DNA from: a bacterium
GTDB lineage: Bacteria > Hinthialibacterota > Hinthialibacteria > Hinthialibacterales > Hinthialibacteraceae
Direction of reading: 5' to 3'
DNA: 64,000 nucleotides
NCBI GenBank assembly: GCA_963662285.2
Contig: CAXXMV010000001.1
Span: forward strand, 448,001-512,000
In this document: one piece after another, positions 28,277 through 38,001 of the stretch
Layout: every line of letters starts with the position of its first letter
Numbering within the stretch: the stretch's first letter is position 1
Made by a program: the position numbers and the translations under genes
The notes under the pieces: generated by a model
What the model was told of the DNA's origin: nothing
What the model saw: the letters and a program-made list of their open reading frames with translations, nothing else
Databases searched by the model: none

Positions 28277-29974
28277 ATGAATAATAAGTTCAAACATAAT
28301 CTAAAACGAGTCGAGTTACGTAAAGTCCTTATTATTTACGGTCTTGGCAGACAGATATCGCACCAATCCACTATGAAAAGCATACGAGATTTTTTACATA
28401 GCATCGCCTCAAGCGGCTCATCCTTTAAACGGGAAGAGACAGTAACCGCTCTCTCTCAATCTCTATCGAATCTATTACGCGAGCAGCCCTGGTTTCCCAC
28501 TCATGATGACAACTGGATCGCTGACATCGCAGAAAAAGCTTCTATACAGATTTTAGATAAACTGATTGATTTAAATACCCGGAAATTGGATGCATCTACT
28601 ATCGAAAAAAGCGTATCGGATATTTCGTCCAATTTGCTGCAAGCCATATTTTATACATCTGATGTGATCCGTATGATTTATTCTGATCATCCAGCGGAGT
28701 TTGACGCGCTGGTAAACCAGGGAGTGGAAGAACATTACCATTTAATCCGTCGCGCCGCATCACATGCGGTCAGGCGGCATTCACCGGGAATGAAGCGCGT
28801 CTCAATCGATCCCACCGATTTAGAGGAAGAGTTATGGGGCGTTATGTTAGAAGAATTAGTACGCTGTATGAGCGATTCTCACGCCCGCGTGTGGCGAAAC
28901 GGTGAATCTCAAGCCTTGGTCTTTCCTGAAGAAGGAACGCGCGGCAGCCGCCGGGGCATTATCATGCGCGTCGCTTTGTCGCAAGACGGGTCGCGCATAG
29001 CCGCCATCCGCTCTGATCGGCTCATTTTTGTGTGGGATATTGCGCAAAAGACGCTGATTCGCTCGTGGGATATCGATATTCCGGGTTTTATGGAAAAAAA
29101 TGAAATACGCGAAAGATTATATTTCTCTAATTCTGGCGATCGACTCGCAGTGGAATTAAACAACAACAGCGTCGCCATTCTCAAGATTGAGGAATGCAGC
29201 AATCAAATAAAATTTTTCAATCAAGCCGACCGTGATCAATTTCTCAGTGAATTCGGCAATCCCTATCTTCCTGAACGGTCGCCGGACAAACTCAACGGTT
29301 TTTCTATGACTACCCGAATGGGTCAAAAAACCTTGTTCAGGGATTATTGCAGGAACGTGTACGATTGGTGCTGCGATGAAAAGGGCGAAATACTTGCTGT
29401 CGCCAGCGAAATCGAGCGCAGCATGCCAGCGTGGATGATTGATGCGGGATTTGAACGAGCAGTTTTCCATATCGCCAAAAAGCGCCTGATCGATCTTATC
29501 CGCAAACGGACTCATACCAACTACGCTTGCTGGCAATGCGGTTCCATGAGTTCAAATATGACGGATGATCATTGCCGGAAATGCGGCATGGATTTCTCAC
29601 GCTGCCCCATTGGATGCGATTCAGGGGAGGCGTTGAATGCCTCTAACCGATGGCAATGTTCGAATTGCGGCATGGCCTCTCGTATTGCAGAGCCAGTTGT
29701 CGAAGTAGAAGTTGAAGATTGGCATGCTGATTCTAAAATTGATGGTTTTGAATGGCGCGATGCTCATGATATGGATAGAATCCTTCAGGCGCTGAAAAAA
29801 ACTTCCGTTATTTATAAGAAAATTGAAATTCCTTGCGATATGCTTGTGCAACTTAAATCCGAAGGCCGAACTAATGAAGATATTGGTCAAGAGGTTGGAA
29901 TACCCAGAGGATCAGTGGATTATGTCTGGAATCAATGCAAACAGCAAATACTTCTTTCCATTGGAGAGATTTAA
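28277..29974 (+). CDS. Atypical ECF-like sigma factor with WD40-like insertion in region 2 and double zinc ribbon before region 4
   Basis: DPTDLEEELW (sigma2 first half), FERAVFHIAKKRLIDLIRKR (sigma2 second half), EGRTNEDIGQEVGIPRGSV (sigma4 HTH), VALSQDGSRIAA..SDRLIFVWD (WD40), CWQC/CRKC/CPIGC/CSNC. Confidence 0.75.
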   Translation: MNNKFKHNLKRVELRKVLIIYGLGRQISHQSTMKSIRDFLHSIASSGSSFKREETVTALSQSLSNLLREQPWFPTHDDNWIADIAEKASIQILDKLIDLNTRKLDASTIEKSVSDISSNLLQAIFYTSDVIRMIYSDHPAEFDALVNQGVEEHYHLIRRAASHAVRRHSPGMKRVSIDPTDLEEELWGVMLEELVRCMSDSHARVWRNGESQALVFPEEGTRGSRRGIIMRVALSQDGSRIAAIRSDRLIFVWDIAQKTLIRSWDIDIPGFMEKNEIRERLYFSNSGDRLAVELNNNSVAILKIEECSNQIKFFNQADRDQFLSEFGNPYLPERSPDKLNGFSMTTRMGQKTLFRDYCRNVYDWCCDEKGEILAVASEIERSMPAWMIDAGFERAVFHIAKKRLIDLIRKRTHTNYACWQCGSMSSNMTDDHCRKCGMDFSRCPIGCDSGEALNASNRWQCSNCGMASRIAEPVVEVEVEDWHADSKIDGFEWRDAHDMDRILQALKKTSVIYKKIEIPCDMLVQLKSEGRTNEDIGQEVGIPRGSVDYVWNQCKQQILLSIGEI

Positions 29975-29989
29975 AGACAGGTTAGTATC

Positions 29990-31108
29990 ATGAACCAAAA
30001 CATGCATAATCAAAAAGAAGGTTTGAACCAAAAAGACTGGAAACTGGCCGACGAACTCATCGAGTCGATTATCCATGACAAAGATATGGAAAAACCTGAT
30101 GCGGCGCCGGGAATCAACCAGGATTCCATGCCGGATCAAGACCGCGTGAGTTTTTTCTCCGCCATTCAGCGCGATTACAAATCGGTTTACCAGAAGAACA
30201 CTATATCTCTGGTTGAGCGCTGGAGCGCGGAACATATTCAGATCAACTGGTTGGCGAAGCTTAAAAATAAACTGAATACCATTCGAGCAGCGAATAAAGA
30301 GGCTTGGGGCGAACTACAGGCCTATTTCGAAGCATTGCAATCCACCGTTGACGTATTATCCACCCGGATGATACCCGCTCCGGTTCATCGCAGCGCCGTC
30401 GCCTCACAGCAGGAACTATATCAGCCGCGGCGCCGCGCCATTGAGCCAGCCGATCTGCCTGCGTTTTCTCCATTATTCTGCACCGCCATCGATCCAGATG
30501 CTGAACCATTCGTAATTTCGGGACTGGCGCCGGAAGTTGAACATCGGTTGACCCTGGTTTGCGTACAAAAACCATCGGTCAAGCACGAAGAAACCATCAG
30601 CGCTTCCAGCAATGGAACGGTTCAAATCGATTTGGCAAAAACCATGATGACGCTTCAAGATGAACAGGGCGAATTTTGCGAATTCACATGGTTCCTGACC
30701 GAAACATCCGGCAATGACGCATGGGCTTCCGGTCTGGTATGGCTGGAATCCAAGGCAACCCGCCGACTGGCCAACGACGCCGTACGCATCTTAATGGAAA
30801 ACGATAATAAAGAGAGCGAAGATACTTGCATCGACTCACTTTTCGAGATCAATCTGTTGGCCACGCGGGAGTCTTATATGGAAGCATACGAACAGACTCG
30901 ACAGGGCTTGCTATTTATGCCGCGTCAAAACCGTGAAGAGAATTCGGCGCCTTTCAAGGAATCGCTCTGGTTATTCCTCAACCACCTGATTGATAAGATT
31001 GTGGACCGGATGGAGAAAGCGGAGCCAGTATTCAAATCGATCAAACCAGACTGGAACGCGGTCAACTCGCTCAAAACTCTTAAAGAACGTTTGACTGAGT
31101 GGGAATAG
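29990..31108 (+). CDS. Putative anti-sigma / protease substrate protein with C-terminal DUF928-like beta domain and helical tail
   Basis: Starts 15 nt after the sigma gene; helical N-terminus, PAPVHRS linker, FSP...FTWFL...GLVWL pattern; family assignment is by eye. Confidence 0.5.
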   Translation: MNQNMHNQKEGLNQKDWKLADELIESIIHDKDMEKPDAAPGINQDSMPDQDRVSFFSAIQRDYKSVYQKNTISLVERWSAEHIQINWLAKLKNKLNTIRAANKEAWGELQAYFEALQSTVDVLSTRMIPAPVHRSAVASQQELYQPRRRAIEPADLPAFSPLFCTAIDPDAEPFVISGLAPEVEHRLTLVCVQKPSVKHEETISASSNGTVQIDLAKTMMTLQDEQGEFCEFTWFLTETSGNDAWASGLVWLESKATRRLANDAVRILMENDNKESEDTCIDSLFEINLLATRESYMEAYEQTRQGLLFMPRQNREENSAPFKESLWLFLNHLIDKIVDRMEKAEPVFKSIKPDWNAVNSLKTLKERLTEWE

Positions 31109-31124
31109 ATGAGAACAGATAAAT

Positions 31125-33893
31125 TCAGGGATGAATCCGTTCGGTGAACATCTGGTTATTCTCTTTGGTTTTAATGATTTCCTGATCAATCTCTTCAGCC
31201 AGTTTGTCGATGGAGTTGCGCACTTCCTTGGCGCGGGGGCTGCGCAGGAAAAAGGCGCGCCATTGCGCTTCGCGGATATGTGAAGCAGCACTCTCTAAGC
31301 GGACAAGGTCGCCATTGCTTATTTTAGACAGATGCATCTCAACCCGCGCCAGGGTATCCCGGTAAGCGAAATTGCGGTCAGCTTTTTCTACCGCCTTTTC
31401 CGCCAAAGGCAAGGCGCTCATAAAATGTGACCACCTGATTTCATCATTGTCATCACATATAGCGAACATTAATTCGACCATAGCGGATATATTGCAAAAA
31501 TAATCCTTGAAATGCACTTCAGGATTAATCTTTTCGCTATCAGATATATGCATCTGACAAATCATTAAATCCTCTTTCATGCTTTCCCGGTCATTGCGCA
31601 GCATTGAGCGATATAGCACATAGTCGGCGTAAACCATATTAAGCAGCCAATCATCTTTGGCCACGTCTTTGATACTGTCAGGGATTTCCTGAATAGCGCG
31701 TTGCCGAAGCGCCCGCTCTATGATTTTCTCGACATGTGGATCGAAATCCCTGCTTGGAATCGAATCTTTCCTATCGAGCAGCGCGGATTGAATGATATGC
31801 GATTCAAAGCGCACCGATGCTTCCAGCAGGTAATAGCAGAAAACCACGAACACCGCTCCTCCTAGCAAAGGCAGCAACTTACGCCAGGAAAGATGCGTGG
31901 TTTTACCGCTTTTTTGAAGCGCCCGCCAGGAGGTTTCTTTCATTATCTTGGTGATAGCGAACGAATAGGCGGTAATATTGAGCAGGATAAGCCCCACCCA
32001 TCCGCCCACCCGGTATACTTTTAATGTGGAGCCATAGATGGCATCAGCGGCATAGCTGAACGCCATAATCAGCAAGACGAAGAAAACCCAGTAGAATGTT
32101 CGATATGAATGCAGGGTCTCTTTTTTTCTGAGGCTTAACCAATTTGCCAGAAACAACGTAAAAGCCACGGTTCCACTAATTAGCAAGATGAAACTATACC
32201 AAAAAGTTTCTATGGAAATATCTGTGATTGATGCAAATGGCGTAATCTGGGCGGTTAATAAATCGAGCCGCGCAAACGAATAGACAAATAACGCTCCAAA
32301 GGATAATCCTGATAAACAGTATATTGGTATAGAAATCAGACTATGCTTAATCAAAGGCAATAGAGGAATAATCCCGGTCCGTGATAACAGAAATCGATGA
32401 TTACGGAGCGTTTGAAAAGATATAAAGAGCGCCGCCGCTAAAAAGGAAAGAGGCCCTACTAAAAATACGCGAGTAATCTCACTGACAATCTCTTGATAAG
32501 TATAATGTTCGATACTTACTGATTCAGGAAAAATAAACGCCAGATTGACCAATCCCATCAAAGCGCCAAAGAGGATGGCGAACTGGAAACCGATAGAGAT
32601 ATGGTCGGTGTAATCCTGTGGATTCATCCATTGAGCGAAATGAGAATATAGTTTCTGGGCGGTGCGCTCCACGATGCCGCGACCACGAACGTTAAATGAA
32701 ATATCAGAAGGTATATAGGCGCGAAGACTACCCCAGGATGGTTTGGAACTATGCTCCAGGTTACGCAGCCGTTTACGCGCCGCTTTGCTGGCCGTGATTA
32801 GATTAGGTGGAACATGTGGAGTCTGTAGGGATTGATCGATGCAAAGCGATTGATAAAAACTATCTGCTGCATGAATCAATTTTGAATCATCGTAGATATC
32901 AGCGTGATATCCCAGGACGCACATGCCCAGATCGTGTAAACCCGATGCGAAACCGGCGGAATAGCGTCCCCGGCTGGACGAACTGCACGCATTCAAAAAA
33001 AGCATGGGCGGTAGTTTATTCGATTCTTCGGCGTCACGAACCGACATGAACATCTTTCGTAAGCGGGTAACGGAAACATAGTCTATTCGCCCATCATCAG
33101 TTTCAAAGCAAAGACAGGGTTCATCATCGTAAATTACGCCATGACCAATAAAATGGATAATATGAAAGCGGTCAGTGCCGCTTTGCATCAGGCAATCTTC
33201 CAATTCGTGGAAAGTAGTCACGCCGCAGGGATACCGCTTATGACGCTGTGGATCAACCAGGATCAAACCATGAGTTCTCTCTTGCAGCGAAAACATGGTT
33301 TTAGCTTCCTCGCATCCCAGAGGCAGCTGCGCAAGACCGACGCCGTCAGTTTTATCCTTATCCGCGAATATAAAAGGAGTTACCAGCAGTATGCGCCACG
33401 ATGAGACGTCTATGGTCTGTGGCGGACTAGGAAAAGTTTCAATGGGATGCGAACGTATAATCTGTACTGCGTATCTCCAAGTAATGAAACCTTCGCCATC
33501 ATGCAATAGTTCCCAGGGCAGGTCTTCTAATGTCAGACAGATTTCTGCATTCTGTTGGTTGGGAGTGGGAAAGTGCAGGTAAAGTATTCGATCAATTGAG
33601 TCATCCGCACGGTTGGCGAAGGTTCTGATCAGGGATGATTGCGCTTCTTTGCCTAAAAAATCATATAAACGGCGCCCCGTCTCAACTGTTTTGGCGGTAA
33701 TGTCGTGCGGCCAACCTCCATTAGCGCCGCTTGCGCCAACGCCGATAGTCAGGCCGCCGGCATCAGTAAAGCGTTTGGTGGGCCACGGTAGACGCAGTTC
33801 AACATGCTTGCCGATCTGATAATAAAAATCGACAACCAGTTCGCCCCTTTCTTCACGGGGCTCGCCAAAACTCCACCACAATCCACGCGCCAT
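31125..33893 (-). CDS. CHAT (caspase-like) protease fused to about 7 TM helices and a C-terminal TPR-like domain
   Basis: LEDLPWELL, HIIHFIGHG (catalytic His), LFLNACSS (catalytic Cys); seven hydrophobic segments; FAYRDTLARV TPR-like motif. Confidence 0.88.
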   Translation of the reverse strand: MARGLWWSFGEPREERGELVVDFYYQIGKHVELRLPWPTKRFTDAGGLTIGVGASGANGGWPHDITAKTVETGRRLYDFLGKEAQSSLIRTFANRADDSIDRILYLHFPTPNQQNAEICLTLEDLPWELLHDGEGFITWRYAVQIIRSHPIETFPSPPQTIDVSSWRILLVTPFIFADKDKTDGVGLAQLPLGCEEAKTMFSLQERTHGLILVDPQRHKRYPCGVTTFHELEDCLMQSGTDRFHIIHFIGHGVIYDDEPCLCFETDDGRIDYVSVTRLRKMFMSVRDAEESNKLPPMLFLNACSSSSRGRYSAGFASGLHDLGMCVLGYHADIYDDSKLIHAADSFYQSLCIDQSLQTPHVPPNLITASKAARKRLRNLEHSSKPSWGSLRAYIPSDISFNVRGRGIVERTAQKLYSHFAQWMNPQDYTDHISIGFQFAILFGALMGLVNLAFIFPESVSIEHYTYQEIVSEITRVFLVGPLSFLAAALFISFQTLRNHRFLLSRTGIIPLLPLIKHSLISIPIYCLSGLSFGALFVYSFARLDLLTAQITPFASITDISIETFWYSFILLISGTVAFTLFLANWLSLRKKETLHSYRTFYWVFFVLLIMAFSYAADAIYGSTLKVYRVGGWVGLILLNITAYSFAITKIMKETSWRALQKSGKTTHLSWRKLLPLLGGAVFVVFCYYLLEASVRFESHIIQSALLDRKDSIPSRDFDPHVEKIIERALRQRAIQEIPDSIKDVAKDDWLLNMVYADYVLYRSMLRNDRESMKEDLMICQMHISDSEKINPEVHFKDYFCNISAMVELMFAICDDNDEIRWSHFMSALPLAEKAVEKADRNFAYRDTLARVEMHLSKISNGDLVRLESAASHIREAQWRAFFLRSPRAKEVRNSIDKLAEEIDQEIIKTKENNQMFTERIHP

Positions 33894-34155
33894 AGATTTT
33901 TCTCAAAGATGAAGATCATTAATCGCTTCATTTTACATAGAGTTTGTCAGAAGGATAGCGTTTTGAACGGTTTGAGAGTTAATCCAGAATATTAACGAGA
34001 TTCCATTTAGTCAAATATTAGTTTTCTCAAAAATTTAAACTGGATTTAATATTATTGTCTGAGGAGAAGACAAGCATTTATTCTAGCCATATAATGATCA
34101 ATAGCGATTAAAGGAGTATGAATGATTTAATTGCCAGCAGGAAGGTATTAGGATC

Positions 34156-36306
34156 ATGAAAAACATTAATCTACAACAACGACATCAACTCGCCATCGCG
34201 TTTTTAGTGATTATCTTTACAAATTTCGCCTCAGCCGAAGCGGTTCGTGAATTCACTCCAAGCGTAGCCAGAATATCGTATCTGGAAGGTTCAGTAACCA
34301 CCCAGCGCACCGCCGATGAAGATTGGACCGATGCCGCCTTAAATCTACCCTTGATGGTCGGAGATAAAATATATACCGGCGTCAACGGGCAGGTTGAACT
34401 GGAACTGGAAGACGAGGTTGTCGTCCGTCTTGGCGGCGACACTTATATTCATTTCGCCAATTTGGAAGACAATTTGACTCGAATCGGAATATTGAAGGGA
34501 ACCATGGCGATTAATTCCAGCGCAGTCTCGTTTGCACGCGCTCCGATAGAAGTGCAAGCCAACGGTTTTATCGCCATCACCAAAGACTGGAGCAAGACTC
34601 GGTATAATATTGCTGAAAACGGCGATTCGCAAATCCTGGTGCGTAGAGGATTTATGGATGTCGTACAGGGCGATAGCGTAGAACACCTCCAGCGAGGCGA
34701 TCAAATTCGCATAACAGGTCCTGATGCCAGAGCCTTTGAAAAGATCAACCGGGAAGACGGATTTGATCAATGGTGCGACTTGCGGGACGCAATGCAGGCG
34801 GCCAGCATTAGCCGAAACCACATCAGCAGCCGCGTGGCGGGCTACAGTGATTTAGACCGTAATGGAGAATGGATCGAAATCCCGGAATATGGCACAGTAT
34901 GGCGCCCTACAATGGTTGTCAAAGAATGGGCGCCATATCGCGATGGCCGTTGGGTATGGTATGACAGCTGCGGTTGGACCTGGGTATCATATGAACCTTG
35001 GGGCTGGGCGCCATATCACTATGGCCGCTGGGTATATGTGAATAATTACCGTTGGTGCTGGACGCCTCATGCGGAAGTAGTGCATGTAGTGCATCATCGC
35101 GTGCGCCCGGTCTGGCATCCGGCGCTGGTCTCTTTCACTTACGCCAGAAAAGGCAGCTATTTCAATCTAAGCATAGGCGGAAGCCGCCGCCACTGGGATG
35201 ATCCATGCATTGGCTGGTTCGCCCTGGGGCCTCGCGATCCTTATATCCCCTGGCATAGACGGCATGACAGAGGTAATGACAGAGGTAATGGAAATAATAT
35301 CATTAACGGTCATGGCAACAGGATAGAGAACAACACATACATAACCAATAACACATATATCTACCAAAACCAGGATGCGCCTAATTCGGTGACAGTAGTT
35401 AAAGAAAATGAGTTTGCCAGCAAAACTCCTGGGACGCGCGCCATTGCGCAAATAAAACCTTCAAGAGGCAAAGAGGTTATCGTGGGCAGCGCGGCTATTC
35501 AGAGAGTTGAGCAAAATCGCATCACGCCAACCAGAGCCAAAAGAGAGACTGGATCAGCTGAAGATTATCAACTGGCGGTAAAGGCTTCGAACAATACTGC
35601 GACATCGACGCCTCGTGCAGCGCGGCCAACCAAAGACGATCAAAACCGACTTCCGGAAACTGTTGCGCCTGGTAATAGAACAACTACAACAGCGGCAAGA
35701 ACTGAACCAAGCCGCACTACTCCGGCTCGAAGCAATACGGAAACGAGACGGACGACAACTCCGACCACCGCTCCGACATCGACCCGTGAGACTCCAGAGC
35801 GGCGTAGTTTGATTCAGGATCGCCCGGTAAGCCAAAGCGCCGAGACGCAAACAACTCGTCAGACCAGCAGCCCGGCTAGAACTTCGACAGCCCGAACAAC
35901 TCAGCAGCAAACTACTCAACCTGCGCGTTCGCAAAACAGCGCTGGCATAGAACGCATCATGACGACTCATCCAGCTCGCGAGACCACTAGTCCACAGAGC
36001 AGTAGTAGTTACCAAAGACAATCTGTGACTTCGCCGACGAGGGATAGTTACAGACCGAGCGTAACTACGCCGCAGAGGGAAAGTTACAACCCAAGCAGCG
36101 TTAATGCACCTCAGCGTTCGTATTCGCCAACCAGGACGACGCCCATAACCACCAGACCTGGCGCAACTTATCAATCAAGCGCTCCTCGCACCAACCGCAC
36201 GCAGGGATATTCGGCGCCGCAGTCGACTTCGAATCAACGCAGCAGCGCGACGAGCCAGCCAAGAAGCACTAGATCCAATTCGCGCACATCGTCTAAACGC
36301 CGCTAG
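34156..36306 (+). CDS. Exported FecR-domain / DUF6600-type Trp-rich protein with low-complexity S/T/R tail
   Basis: ARISYLEGSV...LNLPLMVGDKIYTG; DLDRNGEW, YGTVWRP, WAPYRDGRWVW, WGWAPYHYGRW. Confidence 0.85.
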   Translation: MKNINLQQRHQLAIAFLVIIFTNFASAEAVREFTPSVARISYLEGSVTTQRTADEDWTDAALNLPLMVGDKIYTGVNGQVELELEDEVVVRLGGDTYIHFANLEDNLTRIGILKGTMAINSSAVSFARAPIEVQANGFIAITKDWSKTRYNIAENGDSQILVRRGFMDVVQGDSVEHLQRGDQIRITGPDARAFEKINREDGFDQWCDLRDAMQAASISRNHISSRVAGYSDLDRNGEWIEIPEYGTVWRPTMVVKEWAPYRDGRWVWYDSCGWTWVSYEPWGWAPYHYGRWVYVNNYRWCWTPHAEVVHVVHHRVRPVWHPALVSFTYARKGSYFNLSIGGSRRHWDDPCIGWFALGPRDPYIPWHRRHDRGNDRGNGNNIINGHGNRIENNTYITNNTYIYQNQDAPNSVTVVKENEFASKTPGTRAIAQIKPSRGKEVIVGSAAIQRVEQNRITPTRAKRETGSAEDYQLAVKASNNTATSTPRAARPTKDDQNRLPETVAPGNRTTTTAARTEPSRTTPARSNTETRRTTTPTTAPTSTRETPERRSLIQDRPVSQSAETQTTRQTSSPARTSTARTTQQQTTQPARSQNSAGIERIMTTHPARETTSPQSSSSYQRQSVTSPTRDSYRPSVTTPQRESYNPSSVNAPQRSYSPTRTTPITTRPGATYQSSAPRTNRTQGYSAPQSTSNQRSSATSQPRSTRSNSRTSSKRR

Positions 36307-36337
36307 GTGGATGATATATTAACATTCATTTTAGCGT

Positions 36338-36371
36338 TCGGGAAAAGCCAGAAAAGATTGGCTTTTCCCGA
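36338..36371. terminator. Hairpin downstream of 34156-36306
   Basis: TCGGGAAAAGCCA-loop-TGGCTTTTCCCGA perfect 13-bp stem. Confidence 0.65.
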
Positions 36372-36597
36372 GACTAAAGGCAATAATAAACGAATAGATT
36401 TTTGACAACCGCTCTAGGCGGATGATGTTATATAATATATGGAAGGCCGTAGGGATTATTAATCCTGCGGCCTTTCTGCTTTTGGGAGATAGTTCAGAAA
36501 AATATCGCATCGTGTTTCATATCCCCAATCTATACACCCAGTATCGCATGTTCTAATATGAAGAAGATGCATCCAATCCAAATTAACGAGGTGCGCT

Positions 36598-37908
36598 ATG
36601 ACTGCTGATCATAAAATAAACCGCCGCAATTTCTCTAAAATAACCGCCGCTGGTCTGGCTGCCGTCGCTCCTGCAATCAATGTTTTAGGGGTTAACGATA
36701 AAATCCAGTTAGGTTTTATCGGCCAAGGCGGACGCGGCAGCCACCATTTCCGCCAGTTCAAGAATAATGACCAGGTAAAGATCGTCTCCCTGAGCGACGC
36801 CTATCTTCCCCATGTGGAAAAGAACGCTGAACAACTAAATCATTCTGTGCAGAAAACGCAGGATTTCCGCGAGACATTGGATAACAAGGATGTAGATGCA
36901 GTAGTTATTGCATCGCCGGATCACTGGCATGCGCTGCAGGCTATTATGGCTTGTCAGGCGGGTAAAGACGTCTACGTCGAAAAGCCCATGAGCCGCACCG
37001 TGCTCGAAGGCCGCCGCTTGATTGAAGCCGCCGATAAATATAAACGGGTGGTACAGGTCGGGCAGCAGCAACGTAGTTCCGCTCAGTTCGCCCAAGCCGC
37101 CCAAATGGTTCGCGATGGAGAGATCGGCAATGTCACTGCTGCGCGTTGCATTAACATCTGGAATATCGACGGCTACCTCAGCCCCAAGGGGAAGCATGGC
37201 ATCGGGGTATATGAAGACAGCACGCCGCCTGAAGGCCTGGACTATAACATGTGGTTGGGACCGGCGCCAGAACGGCCTTTCAACCAAAACCATTTTCTAC
37301 GCAATTTCTATTTCTATCTCGACTATTCCGGCGGAATGCTAACCGCATGGGGCGTGCATTTGTTCGATATCGTCATGTGGGCTATGGGGCCAAAAATGAA
37401 ATCCGCAGCCCTGATCGGCGGCAAGTACGCCCACGACGATGACCGCGATACGCCCGACACCGCTGAAGTCATTTGGGATACGCCGGGATATGCGTTCTCT
37501 TATACCATGCGCCATGGCAATGGTTTCCCTTACGAAATGGAATGCGACGGCATTGATCACGGCATCTATTTTTATGGCGATAAAGCGACCATCCTGGTTA
37601 ACCGGCGCTATTTGAAGATTTACCCTGAAAACGACCGCAAAAATCCCACCGTTATTTCAGGCATAGACGGTGACTTAGGTCATAAACAGAATTGGCTCGA
37701 TTGCATCCGTTCACGCAAAGATACTGTATGCCCCGCCCGCGTCGGTCATGAAGCCAATCTTCCCGGACTGCTGGCGCTTATCTCATGGCAAGTGGGACGT
37801 GAAATCAAGTGGGATTACGAGAAAGAGCAAATACGCGGCGACCGGGAAGCCAGCCGTCTGCTGACCCGCATATACCGAAAACCCTGGACATTGCCTAAGA
37901 TAATCTAA
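36598..37908 (+). CDS. Gfo/Idh/MocA oxidoreductase with Tat signal
   Basis: NRRNF Tat motif, GFIGQGGRG, IASPDHWH, DVYVEKP, WLGPAP, WGVHLFD. Confidence 0.93.
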   Translation: MTADHKINRRNFSKITAAGLAAVAPAINVLGVNDKIQLGFIGQGGRGSHHFRQFKNNDQVKIVSLSDAYLPHVEKNAEQLNHSVQKTQDFRETLDNKDVDAVVIASPDHWHALQAIMACQAGKDVYVEKPMSRTVLEGRRLIEAADKYKRVVQVGQQQRSSAQFAQAAQMVRDGEIGNVTAARCINIWNIDGYLSPKGKHGIGVYEDSTPPEGLDYNMWLGPAPERPFNQNHFLRNFYFYLDYSGGMLTAWGVHLFDIVMWAMGPKMKSAALIGGKYAHDDDRDTPDTAEVIWDTPGYAFSYTMRHGNGFPYEMECDGIDHGIYFYGDKATILVNRRYLKIYPENDRKNPTVISGIDGDLGHKQNWLDCIRSRKDTVCPARVGHEANLPGLLALISWQVGREIKWDYEKEQIRGDREASRLLTRIYRKPWTLPKII

Positions 37909-37946
37909 ATATAACGCTTATAAGAATTACCTAAATATGAGATCAT

Positions 37947-37969
37947 CAGGGGGCGAATTAAGCCCCCTG
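37947..37969 (+). terminator. Hairpin, probable terminator
   Basis: CAGGGGGC-GAATTAA-GCCCCCTG. Confidence 0.55.
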
Positions 37970-38001
37970 CCATTTTAGATCAGAAAAAAAACCGATAAAC
38001 G

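Noticed and set aside
35554-36174. 206-aa minus-strand ORF and other antisense ORFs inside long genes
   Set aside because: Shadows of low-complexity or GC-richer coding sequence on the opposite strand
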